Assembly: GCA_964247055.1 (NCBI GenBank)
Contig: OZ176050.1
Coordinates: 11,966,001-12,030,000 of the forward strand
Length of the DNA: 64,000 nt
DNA from: Paragordius varius
Taxonomy: Eukaryota; Animalia; Nematomorpha
Direction of reading: 5' to 3'
The translations under genes were made by a program, and so were the position numbers. This document shows positions 39,619-52,503 of the stretch, piece by piece. Each line of letters begins with the position of its first letter. The stretch's first letter is position 1. The notes below the pieces were generated by a model. It was given only the letters and a program-made list of their open reading frames with translations. It was not told the origin of the DNA and ran no database searches.

Positions 39619-41322
39619 CATTTCGAAAATTGTGCATCTAAATACCCCCGACTAAATTTAAGTTAGGATTTTTAAAAAACTACGGAAGAAAACGGTCCCA
39701 ATTTTAATTTATGCATCTATTTAAAAAATAATAATTATGCTAAAATATCTAAATTATTTGTTTTGAAAAAAAAGTTCCATGTCAAACTACTACGACGCCA
39801 TTTTTATTTTACAAAATTTTTGCATCGTCTTGATTTATTTTTAAGGGTAAAATTAACACTTTGATTCAAATTGGGGTATCTAAATACCCCAGACTAAATT
39901 TAAAATAATATTTTTAAAAAACTACTGAAGGAAACGGTCCCAATTTAAATTTATGCTTCTATCCTGATAAATATTATATAAATATGCCAAAACATATTGA
40001 TAAAATTTTGTTATGAACAAAAAGCTCCATGTCAAACTACTTCGACGCCATTTTTATTTTACAAAATTTTTGCAAAATATCGTCTTTATTTAATTTTAAG
40101 GGTAAAACTAAAGCTAATTTTTTATATAATTACATCTAACATTGATAGAAATAGAAAAAGCGGTTTAGTTTGTATAATTTTTCAATTTTACAATTTGACA
40201 CATGTCACGTTGACGAAATTTTTACCTTTCGGTTTTAGCTTAAAATAAGAAATATCAAGTATTATTGAATAAATTTTTTTATATATTTCGGTTTATTAAT
40301 GTTAGATGAGTGCAAAATTTTGCCATGGTTTCGATTCCTTCTATATTTTTTAAAGAATGCAATTTTAAACAGGCCTGGGGTATCCAACTACCCCAATTTG
40401 AATCGAAGGACTAAAATGAGTGTGTTGTATCCAAGTGTTAAAGCTAATTTCTTATATAAATTACATCTAACATTGATAGAAATAGAAAAAGCGGTTTATA
40501 TTATTTTTTTAATTTACCATTTCACATGTCACGTTGACGAAATTTTTACATTTCGGTTTTAGCTTAACACTTAAATACAACACATTCATTTCAGTCCTTC
40601 GATTCAAATCGGGGTAGTTAGATCCCCAGGCCTGTTTAAAATTAATTTTTTTAAATATGGAAGGAATTGTAACAGACAAAATTTTGCACTTATATAACTT
40701 TAATAAAGCGATATTTATAAAAAAATATATTCAAATACTTGATATTACTTATTTTAAAATAAACCAAAAAGAAAAAATTAGTCAACGGGACATGTGTGCA
40801 ATGGTGAATTTGAATAATAATGCGAATTAAACCGCTTTTTCTATTTCTATCAATGTTAGATGTAATTTAAATAAAAAATTAGCTTTAATCTTACCCTTAA
40901 AATTAGATGAAGATAATATTTTTTAAAAAATTTATAAAATAAAATTGGCGTCGAAGTAGTTTGACATGGAACTTTTTTTCAAAACAAAATTTTATTTAGA
41001 TATTTTGGCTTATTATTAAATTTTTAATTGGATAGAAGCATAAATTTAAATTGGAACGGTTTCCTTCAGTAGTTTTTTAAAAATATCAGTTTAAATTTAG
41101 CCTGTGGTATATAAATACCCCAATTTGAATTGGAGTAAAATAAGTAATAGTATTGTTGAATAAAATTTTTTATATATGGTTTATTTATGTTGTATAAGTG
41201 CAAAATTTTGCCATGGTTTTGATTCCTTCCATATTTTTTATAAAATTTAATTTTAAACAGGCGGGTATCCAACTACCCCAATTTGAATCGAAGGACTGAA
41301 ATGAATGTGTTGTATCCAAGTG
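39619..41322. mobile_element. Three nested copies of a piggyBac-like MITE of about 580 bp (TTAA target)
   Basis: The host copy runs 39619-39856, 40442-40567 and about 41139-41322. Insert Y is 39857-40437 (same orientation, TTAA on both sides). Insert Z is 40568 to about 41135 (inverted). Ends are CACTT..CGATTCAAATTGGGGTA, with a short spacer at one end and a 27-bp spacer at the other. Confidence 0.8.
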
Positions 41323-41539
41323 TTAATTGGGTAAACATATGTTTATGAAGTAACTAAATTGAGAATAAAGGTTTAACACACTGATTTTTTATTGGTTTAA
41401 TTTGAATCTTCAAAAACAAAATTTTACAATATATACTATAATACTTTTAGTTTGAAATAAAAAACATATAATTTTTTAAATATATATTCCAAAAAATATC
41501 ACTAAAATATATGATAAAGTACCTATATAAAGCAAAATA

Positions 41540-42190
41540 ATATTTAAAAAAAATCTTTAGATGGAAGAGCCGAAAGTCTAAATTTTTTCGTTCTTCTAAA
41601 ATGGGCTGGTTCTCTAGAAATAAAAGCTAAAATGCCGGAATGGCGCGATAAAAATAATATATGATAAATTTTGATATTAATTAAATATATTTTTTTAACC
41701 ACATGCTTTATTAAAAATTTAATTTTGAGGCATAAAGGAAACGGTATAAAAACCCTTAAAGATTTCATTAAAACACTTTTTCAACATAATTCGATAATGC
41801 TGAACATTTCTTTTACTTCAAAATTTTGATTAATAATATTGGTTTGTCTTCAAATTTAACTCCTATAAATTGTGTTATTTATAAAAATCTACCAAAATTT
41901 GAAAGCAAACGAAACTTTAAATTTCTGAAGCCATAGAAATGTTCAGCATATAGGAAGAGAATATCTAAAAGCGTTTTTATACCGTTTCCATCATGCCTAA
42001 AAATAGTAAAAGGGACGCTTCAACAAATAAATAGTATGCTTTTTTTAAAAAAAATTTGGATGTCAAAATATAGTGTGTGTTTAAAATTTTTATCGCGGAA
42101 TCTCCGCATTTTTGCGTTTATTTCAAGACAAGTAGCCCATTTTACAAAAGCAACAAATTTTGAGACTTTCGAAGCCCTAAAAATTAAAAT
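41540..42190. repeat. Old imperfect foldback palindrome of about 650 bp
   Basis: Paired blocks around a centre near 41870: GTTTGTCTTCAAATTT / AAATTTGAAAGCAAAC, GGAAACGGTATAAAAAC / GTTTTTATACCGTTTCC, ATGCTGAACATTTC / GAAATGTTCAGCAT, AAAATGGGCT / AGCCCATTTT and CGCGATAAAAAT / ATTTTTATCGCG. Confidence 0.7.
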
Positions 42191-43322
42191 TTAAATATTG
42201 TTATGCTTTTTATATGTAGCCTATGAAAATTTAAACGATATTTTTAAGTCTCTAGCTTTCATCAAAAAGCATTATTTAAAAAAAATGATCACGAATTTTT
42301 CCATTATATATGACTCATAAGGGGCAAATCCTAAAGTGCCTTGATAATTCTGATAAATTTGGCTATCAGAAAATATATATTTCATCGGGTTATTTTTATA
42401 CCCCCCGATTTTGGACGCAGTGTAAATATTTATTTAGCCAGCATAAATTACGTGTTTTAATGTTAAACTTTATACAATTCAGAATAAATTAGGGAAATGA
42501 CTGCTTAAAATCAGTTTTAATTATTTATATGCAACGTTATCGTTATTTTTCAATTTCGAAAGCTGGTGATCTTTATCCAAAAATATTCAAACATTTTTGC
42601 CCAAAGATTTGGCAGACATGAATGCATTGTAAAAATTAATAAAATAATATATTATTTCGAAGCCGTTTTTGGTTCCAAAAAGAACTGATGGTCGGGTTCC
42701 ACACGGTTAGGGCTTTTATTTTGTTATTAACTGTGTGTGTGTGTGTGACATTTTCATTTTTCTATTATAGTTTCAGGCATTTGATAAGGCTAAAACATTT
42801 TTACCTTACCGTTTTTCCTTAACATTTTTTCCCCTGCTTCAGTACACAATTTTCATAAAAATGGAATTATATAATTTTGGTTTCAATTTTTCGCACAAAA
42901 TATTTTTGGTTCCGGTTGTTTTTTAATCAAAGGGTTATATTTTGATTCCCAACGTTTATAGTAGCCACAAATATTGAAAGTTATTGTTTTAAAAATTAAA
43001 AAGCCTTAATTAGAATTCTAAAAAGAGATCTTGCCCTTTTAAGAGCGGTACTTTAATAAATAATATACAATTTTTCAACTTTCCATAAAAAACATTTCGT
43101 TTCCTCGGAAGTGGTGATTTCGATTCATAAAATGGTAATTGTTCCACCCTGATTATGAATAAATTTATACATCGACGGATACAGCCGATGATTGTTTGCA
43201 ATAATGTAAAAACTTCTCCATAAATTGCGGCTTTTCGTTTTTTAGTATTGAGTTCCAAGGTTATATATTAATAAGATTTATATTTATTTTCTCATACACT
43301 ACTTGGTATACACACAAAAATA

Positions 43323-46300
43323 TCATAAAAAGTTAAATAGATAAGATAATTGAGCTCTTCGAAAACTAAACCAATTATCTCGTGCTACCTTTAATTGTCG
43401 GATAAAAAGGAAGGCGAAAATTGAATTTAAAGAAAATTTGAAACTATAAATAAGGCTAAGAGTAAAAGCTACATATGGGTTTGTGGCATCTAACCATTTA
43501 CCATTCGGTATCTCAAGGAGGATAGCATTGATTAGAATGACAGAGAAGCATGCGAACGCATACTTTATTATACCTAAAATAAAATTATATAAGTAAATCA
43601 TTCATAATTTGAAACAAATTTTACTTAATAGGAGAATAATGAGATATTTTGATCTAAGGAGCGAAAAAATAAATCTATAATGCCTAAAGTAGCATCAATT
43701 TTTTGAAGTTTTAATAGCTATAATTAGATTTTGATGCCATCCTTCACGGTTTAACAAATGGATCCAATTAATTACTGGTTCAATAATGTTGGTAACATTC
43801 AAAAATGAATTTAACATTACAATATAAATTTATAGTTACGACCACTTTAAACTAAGCTTTTACTATCTTTGAACTCAAAAAGTGTAGTCTTTAAGATGTT
43901 GCCATTGTGAGAGTCATTGCATACGCGATATAATCAACCTAAACACCAATATATATCAATTATGTATTTGAAAAATGAAATAAATTTTTCAGTCAGGGCA
44001 CAAGATCCAAATTTCTCCTTATATATCTGACCATATAAAAAATATATAACTTTTGGAATTCAAATTCCCCTTGAAAAATTTAAATTTACCCTGAACAATT
44101 TAAATTCACTCTTGAACAATTCAAATTTACCCTAAAAATTAATTATGTGTTTTCTGGCTAATATAAATCATTTATATAAAATATATATTTACGACATAGT
44201 TTATTATTTTTTCAGCATTATATTAATTTTAAACAAAATACATCTCATATTTTAAAAATATATAAAAATAAAGGTAATTTTTAATCTTAAAGAAAACATA
44301 ATTAATTTTCGGGAAAATTTTGTTAAAGGGTGAATTTGAATAATTTAAGGGTGATTGAGGTGTAAATGATATATTCAACCGTTTGTCCTGTAAAAATGGT
44401 TACATTTTACTGAAATGATAAATTAAACAATATTATGGGGAATGGAAAATCCAGATACCTACTCAAATTAAACCATTGGCGACATTAACATTCTCCTTTT
44501 TATAAATTTTAGCAAGGGTGATTATTATAAATCAATCATTATCATATCAAACGCTTTTAAAATATTTTATTACCCTTTTCATTGTTCCACTCAGCTGTAA
44601 AACTTTGTCGTATCCTCACATTTCGTTCATTACCCATACTCCCATGTGTAAGTAAAAATATACGCTGGCCAAGCCTTTTCGCTAAAGACATACGCGGTTC
44701 AGTCCTCATATTATTATAATAATCTGTGTTGGTGGGCATGTTAGGATTAATTTGATTTCTAAATTTTGTGATAGCGCCTTTGATAGAGGCATTAAATTTG
44801 ACAAAGGGTTTATTTCTCCCCATTATATCCTCGACAGAATTAGGATGTGATGTATTCAAATTAATAAAACTCTGCAAGATTGGGCTAGCATGAAGTGATG
44901 CATAATAATTGTTCAATAACTTCATGGCTCTCCGATCAATTTTGCGCATTCGCTTAAACAAGAGAAAGAAAAATATTAGAATTATTCCAAATTTAATCCA
45001 ATTCCACACGTAAAATGTGCGGAACGTAATCAATTTCAGGACGCCATAGTTGATGAAACACGACGTTAATTTGTAGTTGAAAAAGACTTGGCCAAGCAGT
45101 AAATGCCACGTCTTGATGAAAAAAACGTAGACGGTTAAAATGCAAACACCGATAAAAACACCCTTTCTCGTGTTTATAAAGTAACGCTTGAAGTCGGCAA
45201 ATATGATCGTTACGTATCGTTCAATAACCAGCAAATATAGGGACATTGAGGATCCGACAAAAACAATGTCATTAAAATATCCAATAACATAACACAAGTG
45301 TGTTAATTGCCTATATATGACATAAGATGTATAATTAGTTAATTATCCCGTAAATTGGAAAGTAAAACTATATACGGATGGTGAACATCAATAAATATTT
45401 GGTAACTATATATATATATATTTTAATAGTTATTAAAACCAACAACTTGGAATTCTTTTAACGTAGCCCAAAAATGTTTAACAAGATTAATATTTATGAG
45501 GTTGACACCTGTCTCCATAAGGCTGCTGCCCCTATTTAAGTGATATTTAAATTTACAAGAGAACAAATTAACTTTGTGTCAACCTTATCTGAACCTAATA
45601 TATATATTATATATATATATATATATATGATAATTGCAGCACTACTTTAATTACTGTTGAGTCATACTCTATTAATATATTTTGAAAATAAATAGACTAT
45701 CAAAATAGACAATTTAACATTTATATCTGCAACCTTTTTAAAAAAAATTTTTTATAAATAGTGATTCCCCACCCGGAGATTTTACCATTGGGCGAGTTCG
45801 ATGTCAGTTCGCACAACAGGAAACAAGGAGTGCATCATTAAAAAATACTTGTTTTTAAAAGGATATTTTGATTTGGCTTTTTTACCCAATAATATATTTC
45901 TGTCACTAATTTAACACTATAATCCAACTAAGACGCTTTAATTTTTTGGCAAAATTATTATGATCAGGGTGATCATTTTAGTAGAGCATAAGATATTTTC
46001 GTTAATTTCGAAAAATAATACGTACGGTTATGGAAGTAAACACCCTTTAAACTAATCTATACCAAAATTTTAAAAATTGATCTTGCTTAGAGTATTTGAA
46101 ATTTTGTAAAATATGCATATATATTTTTTACCTTAAACCAGGGTACACCAAATAGGCCAAATAACTGAAGGCATAAATCAATCCTCCCAAACAATCCCAA
46201 ACAGTTATAACTGCTATAAGGACTAAGGCTGGTTTGTTTTTCAATACCTCATTAGTGATTATTATGAAAAATAAAAATAAATTGCCAATGAAACCGCATA

Positions 46301-46355
46301 AATTAACACTTGTAATTACGAATGCAAATAGGTGACGATTAAGAAGGGTTCCCAT
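43323..46355 (-). CDS. Orphan class A (rhodopsin-like) GPCR; 3 exons, about 403 aa
   Basis: Exons 46355-46132, 45310-44574 and 43573-43323, phase-compatible, 1212 nt. Seven hydrophobic segments, TM1 GFIGN, TM2 D, TM3 Cys and IERY, ECL2 Cys, long ICL3, TM7 LNSIF. Confidence 0.82.
44047..44371. mobile_element. MITE family A copy in GPCR intron 2
   Basis: 21-bp AATTCAAATT(C/T)ACCCTTGAAC array, shared interior and terminal TGTAAATGATA. Confidence 0.75.
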
Positions 46356-47697
46356 TTCAAATCTAGTACTTAGATGGTTCAAATGGCGAAAAAATAAATA
46401 AGGACGTAAACGTAATTAGATATTGATTTATCTGTTTTGTTATTCATTCATTAATAATAATATCGATGGCCCAAAAAGGGATTAGTATTATCATTTTAGA
46501 ATAAATAATTTATGAGATTGTTTTAATTATTTTGAATATAAATAAAGGGCGGCAGTCTTTTATAAAAAATTGAAAAACTAGTTTTCACTCCAAAATGTCT
46601 ATAGATATTTGTCAGAATTTTGCCGTTTTATGACGTAAATATAAATAAAAAACTTATATTGATGTGTTATTGCTCAGTTTTCGGGTATTACCTTTGCGAA
46701 ATAAAATATTGAAAAAGCAGAAATTGCAAAGCTAAGACTAATAACATACAATTAAACTTTAATGTCTTTTTAGGATTTATGTGCTCTTATAAAGATGCTT
46801 AACACCGAATCAAATAATCGCATTGTTAAGGGCTAGTTAAATTAAAATAAAATTGAACTAGTTTTAAATTGGCTTCAGATATAATTGATTAATTGGCTCT
46901 AACATCGTTTTCTGGACTAATTGCTTTGGAAAAAATAAAACTAGTTTTGCATTGTTATTTGATGGGGTTTCACCGGTTAAGATAATTTGATATGCAGTCA
47001 GCTATTTTAACCATTTAAAAATTAATCAGATTAGTTTATGTAAATAATTTTTTAATTCTAAGTAAATATACTTTCAATAACACGTTTCTCATTTCAATAA
47101 GACTAGCAATTTTTCCAATTAACCATATTTTTTGAGCGTTCAATCATTATTTTTTTATCCTTTATAGTGCCTAATTATGCTTTTGTCAAAGGTTGGTACT
47201 AGGGTTAGGTCTAAACGGAACTCCTCATTAAAACAACCAGTCAGATACTTTTAACCATTATGATGCAGTAAAAATTATTTTCATGAGATTTTCAACTTTA
47301 TTAAATTTTTCTAAATTTCTATTAATATATTATTAAAACTTCTTTAACTAATTCAACGCTGGATTTTGTTGCGTTTGGCGTAAAAACATATATTTGCATT
47401 TCTGATGACTGCTATGATCATAAAAAACTGCATTCATAATCAAGCGGCCAAACCGTTTATCATTCTATGACCGGCAAAAAAATCAACTTTATTGGTATTA
47501 TATATATATAATATTTAACATAAAATATGCGTTTTTCGAGCAGGAATTATAAAATAATATTTAAATTTGATTGACTTTGACTAATATTCGAGTATTTAAT
47601 TTAATTAGATGCGAAGGATCTATCCTATATCTATTTATTAATTTCAATTAAAAAAATATTTTCTCCCTTTTAATAATTTTACAATATCCCTGATGAA

Positions 47698-48080
47698 AAC
47701 CATTTACAATTCAAATTCACCCTTGAACAATTCAAATTCACCCTCGAACAATTCAAATTCACCCTCGAACAATTCAAATTCACCCTTGAACAATTCAAAT
47801 TCACCATAAAAATAAATTATGTGTTTTCGGGCTATTATAACTCATCATTAATATAAATATAATCTTATAGCCAAGTTTATTAATTTTTCAGTATTATATA
47901 TATTTTACAGGAATTTTTTTTTTTTAAATATAAAAAATATAGGTAATTTTTAATCTTAAAAAACACATTTTCTTTTAGGGTGATTTTGAATTGTTCGAGG
48001 GTGAATTGGAATTGTTCGAGGGTGAATTTGAATTGTTCAAGGGTGAATTTGAATTGTTTAAGGGTAATTTTCAATTTGCT
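47698..48080. mobile_element. MITE family A copy
   Basis: ACCATTTACAATTCAAATTCACCC followed by five 21-bp units, the interior, then inverted units. Confidence 0.8.
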
Positions 48081-48639
48081 ACACAATAGTGTAAAAACAA
48101 CAAAATATTGAATTCACAATTTTTTTCTTTCTTTTTTCCATACACTACTGTGTTACAAATAGCCCAACTATAGCGTGAAATAAGCAACCATTAAAAGCCT
48201 GTAAATGAAAATTTAAGAAACGGTGCCCTGAATATTATAAAATAAATTTTTTACATTAAATATATTTTTCTGGCCGACGTTTAATTAAGATTTTAAAAAA
48301 TTTCAAACTTTAGAAGCCGTACATTATTATTTGCAGGTCGCACAAGTATCGTTGCTTTAGAACAGGAGTATACACAACACAAATGGCCTGGGAGACTGCA
48401 TTTAAAAAATATATGGACATTAATAAGTATAATTAGATTTCAAACATAAGACCGTAAATAATTTCTCTTGTTAGTTTGTTGCCAAAATTTAGAAAGTTAT
48501 ATTCAGATATAAATTTGTTTGAAATACAGTATGAATATAGTATACATTGCCTATTAATTAAATGTTGCCAGCTATGGCCTACGCTTTTTACTGTTATTAG
48601 CGAATAAAATTCTCTTTGCTGTATATGCTATCTGGTACA

Positions 48640-49242
48640 TACCATTTGCACTTCAAGAGTTCCTACACTTCAAGTTGGTCCTTGAACACTTCAAGTTGGT
48701 CTTTAGACTTTTTTTGTTTTTAACTTTTATCAATCGAATCGTATATCATTCATCTATTTTATCGTTTTTAACCTATTTTCTATTATTTAACATACATTAT
48801 AAATAAATATCAACTTTAAATTCAGAAACGTATATCTTTATTATTTTCTTAAAATTATTATGGATTTTTATAAGATTTTAACACGTAATTAAAAAATAAT
48901 TAAGTTTTCTGGGTTATTTTATATAATTTTTCATCGAAAGCATTTGAAGGTTAATAATTTTGTTAAATTAAAAAAATTAGTTTGTAACAAAAAAGTAGTC
49001 TCTGAATAAAAAATTTATTTTATAAATAAACATATAATAAATAAAGAAAATTAGGTTTATATATAATAAAATAAAAAAACAAATATTATGGTTAAATCAA
49101 AATTTAAAAATTCTAAGGACCAACTTGAAGTGTTGACCAACTTGAAATGTTCAAGGAGTAACTTGAAGTGTTCAGGGTCCAACTCGAAGTGTTCAAGGAC
49201 CAACTTAAAGTGTTCAAGGACACTCTTGAGATGCAAAAGATA
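48640..49242. mobile_element. MITE family B, near-complete copy
   Basis: TACCATTTGCACTTCAAGAG ... CTCTTGAGATGCAAAAGATA, with inverted arrays of the 21-bp unit GAACACTTCAAGTTGGTCCTT. Confidence 0.8.
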
Positions 49243-49864
49243 TATCTAGCAATATATACTTATTCATACTGTATATCGATTTTATCAGCATATTGGGCAA
49301 TATCGTATTTATTAGTAATATTCCATTTTTTATGGGCTGCATGATGAAGATCCCTTTAGATATATATCAAATGGTTGAAAACGTCTTGTTACATACCAAT
49401 ATTCAGTTGAATATCGAAACAAAATTATTTATAGCCACTATATGACAGAATAGGTATACCTATGTAAATTTTCGAGTTAGAATATAATATGTATGCGATT
49501 TTTTTATGCTAACTTGTAATTGTTATATATTTGCCCGTTTAACTTGTGGTTAACATCATAAAGCGTAAAAATATTTTCTATTTCATTTTCCATTTTTGGC
49601 ATCAAATTAATTATTATTTATTCACACAATATACTATTCATCTTGCATAAATTAATTTCTATGGTTATGTATATATACTATAAATATAATTGTTAGTGAG
49701 AGATTAAATTAAATAGGAATATAAATTTAAAAATTTGTTAACTTCACATAATTGTATGTAAAAACGCAACAAGGAATGATTGCGGAAGATTCTTTATATT
49801 GAATATATGCATTTCATTTGGCTTAATTTTTGGACGGCAATATATATTCATAAATTATTGTTCA

Positions 49865-51652
49865 TCAATACCCTTTGAATATAAAAGTTTCAATCAGAGT
49901 TTGGGTAAAAACCGTGCCAAACAGAAACACGCCAAATACTATGACGAAAAGTGCAATGGCGAAAGACGTTCTCTTATAATGAAAAATGTAATATTCCACT
50001 TCATCGACTGATGCATTCAGTATGCTAATATCAAAATTAACATTGGATAGGCGAACGTGTGTTTGATAGACGGGATTAGTCAGGTATGAGATCAGAGCAC
50101 ATGCCGGAAATACGAAAAGTAGCAAAAGTGCCAAGGTGCCCAAAAATGGTATAATTTTCCCAATATCGGGTACATTTAACGTGATATAAAGCGTGAGTAT
50201 AAACCACGAAGTTGATATAAAAACACGGGCATACATTTCCAAATCATTTTTAATGGTATACTTAACGGCACGGTATTTTTGATACAGGCATAAGCCGACA
50301 CTTCTCAACGCGGTACGTAAGTACGATCGCATAGAAAAAGTGACATCATCTCCTTCGTTTGAACTGAAGGGGGAACTATTCAACAATTCATCGCTATCAC
50401 TGCCCGTGGTTGTTGAATTAGAATCGGGTGCAGCACCTTCTGTATACGATCCTTCTGAGCTATATTGAATCCCAAACCGTGGTGTAACTCGCCCAACAGG
50501 GGTAATTGGTATGGCTATTTTCAAACAGCTAAGTATGGTAATACGAGCACAAAAAAGGACAATGGGATACGTTAGCAATATTTTGGCCAATATGAAGCCA
50601 TTTGCAAAAAATATTTTAAAATCAACTGGTTGATAGGCTTTGAGTAGATCGGAATAATCTTTGACGCTTTCACCAAACGAAAGGTATCCATAGATGGCTG
50701 TAACATTGTAAAGAAAAAAACATACAATAATGTTAAATATGATTGATTTAATAAAATTTGGCATAGGATGTTCTGTATCTTGCATACTATTGTAAATGGG
50801 TACTACACTAAGCTGAGCATTGTATAAAAAACAAATGGTTGGAACGATTCGTAAAACACCCGTCATATCAAAATCCCTGAATAGTGATTTTAAATACGGA
50901 AATATTGCAGATTTATATAGGGATTCTGTTGTTGTCAAATGATGTGTGGTGGATGTTGATATTGCTAAGGATCTATGTTTTGAGGTACTAGGATTGATGT
51001 AATATGTATCGTAAAATTCATACATAACTGCAAACGGGAGGTAAAAAACGGCTCCCATTCCACACATACTGGGATATTTGAGAAAATCAATTCTTTTTGA
51101 ATAACATAAAGGTAAAATGGTCAACACAGAAATAAATATAAGTAAATTTTTACGCGTTAAGGCAGGTATATTATCGGCCTGATGGGGTTCAACCATCAAG
51201 AAATTTTTCATTTGCTCCTGTTGATCCGCAATAATTATGAGATAAGTGACGCATGTTCCGAATGAATATAAAATAATGACTATAGAAGCGATATACTTAA
51301 AAGCTTTTCCACAGTAGAATTCTATAATTTGTTCATAAGAATTAATGCTTTCAGAATTTTCCTCCATATTCTCAAATTTTTTATAGGTGATTTGAGTAAC
51401 TGATAATAAAATTATCATAGAAGTTACGATGAATAATAGCATAACAATTTCAATAAACACCGTTATAAAAGTGCCATGTGCTTGATAAAATGCAGCATGA
51501 AAGTTAAGAATGCCTGCTCCAATAGTCGTATTAATTAACAGTATTCCACCCATAAACCAAGATAGATTTCGTCTTGTTGGCTCATTAATTACAGGTCTTG
51601 GTGGCTGAAAAATAGGAATACTTAGGTCTGAAAGAGGGGGGCTATATTCCAT
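49865..51652 (-). CDS. SLC38A7: SLC38 (Aa_trans) amino-acid transporter, SLC38A7/A8-like, intronless
   Basis: Single multi-TM ORF with LINTTIGAGILNFHAAF, YSFGTCVTYLIIIADQ, ILPLCYSKRIDFLKYPS, VPTICFLY, YGYLSFG and LLFVFPACALI. The likely start is ATG 51652; another in-frame ATG lies at 51715. The paralogue assignment is tentative. Confidence 0.88.
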   Translation of the reverse strand: MEYSPPLSDLSIPIFQPPRPVINEPTRRNLSWFMGGILLINTTIGAGILNFHAAFYQAHGTFITVFIEIVMLLFIVTSMIILLSVTQITYKKFENMEENSESINSYEQIIEFYCGKAFKYIASIVIILYSFGTCVTYLIIIADQQEQMKNFLMVEPHQADNIPALTRKNLLIFISVLTILPLCYSKRIDFLKYPSMCGMGAVFYLPFAVMYEFYDTYYINPSTSKHRSLAISTSTTHHLTTTESLYKSAIFPYLKSLFRDFDMTGVLRIVPTICFLYNAQLSVVPIYNSMQDTEHPMPNFIKSIIFNIIVCFFLYNVTAIYGYLSFGESVKDYSDLLKAYQPVDFKIFFANGFILAKILLTYPIVLFCARITILSCLKIAIPITPVGRVTPRFGIQYSSEGSYTEGAAPDSNSTTTGSDSDELLNSSPFSSNEGDDVTFSMRSYLRTALRSVGLCLYQKYRAVKYTIKNDLEMYARVFISTSWFILTLYITLNVPDIGKIIPFLGTLALLLLFVFPACALISYLTNPVYQTHVRLSNVNFDISILNASVDEVEYYIFHYKRTSFAIALFVIVFGVFLFGTVFTQTLIETFIFKGY

Positions 51653-52503
51653 CACATGTAAGATATTAAAAAAGTTAATTAGTCTGTTAAAAAGATTAAA
51701 TTTGTAATGTACCATTATTTAGATAGGTTATAAAGCGTCCTTTAATTTTAATTTATATTTATTATAGTCTTTTATTAAAATTTAAAATTAACCATGTTAA
51801 CAAGATTTTGTTAATTATTATTTTAATACAAATTTTTTATATTATATTTACGCAAAATATACGAGAGTAATAAGTCACTATCCTCTATAAACTGAATGTT
51901 TTTAGCTCGTATTCGTTATTTTTTACATGATAATTTTGAAACCGTTTAAACGGTCTCGCTAAATTAATAAACAAGCGGAATTTTCTAGGATATTATCACT
52001 TTTTGGTGTGGTTTTATAGCCCAGAACAATTAAATATTTTTTTAGAAGATGTTGGATTTAATTTAAAAATATCCATTAAATAGCATTTTAGGCGCATAAT
52101 TAAATTTTTTTTAAAGAAAAGTGGTTTATAAAAAATATTTTTGCCACAAATTTTTTCTGGATCTTTTGTTTACGAAAAAAATGGGAAGCAATTGCACAAT
52201 CCACACTATATATATAGGTAATAAATGTCACAATTGTTGGGACAGATTTAGTGAGGAGCCTCTAAGCTTAAGATTTTGTAATAGATGCTTTAAAATTATA
52301 ACTTAGTATTTTTAATATTCGATACTAATTACTACATTAGAATTTGGTTATAAAATATTTTCAATTCAAATAAAAAACTTAATGGCAAAACAACTGTTTT
52401 GCCCTTATATTTAACTGGCAAATATTTTAAATACCTCTAATTCTGCTAGACTTCACCGGCATTAAATTATATGTAAACTGTTTTTTTACTCATAAGTCTT
52501 TAA

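Noticed and set aside
43010-43258. 82-aa ORF as a possible extra GPCR C-terminal exon
   Set aside because: GPCR exon 3 reaches its own stop at 43323 with no obvious donor before it.
47700-47810. Regular 21-bp repeats as a possible CRISPR array
   Set aside because: The units are head-to-tail with no unique spacers, are inverted at the other end of the element, and lie in a eukaryotic context with no cas genes.
47880-48086. ORF with heptad repeats (TLEQFKF)n resembling a coiled coil; similar ORFs at 56791-57033 and at the start of 56819-57526
   Set aside because: These are translations of the 21-bp MITE family A repeats, not genes.
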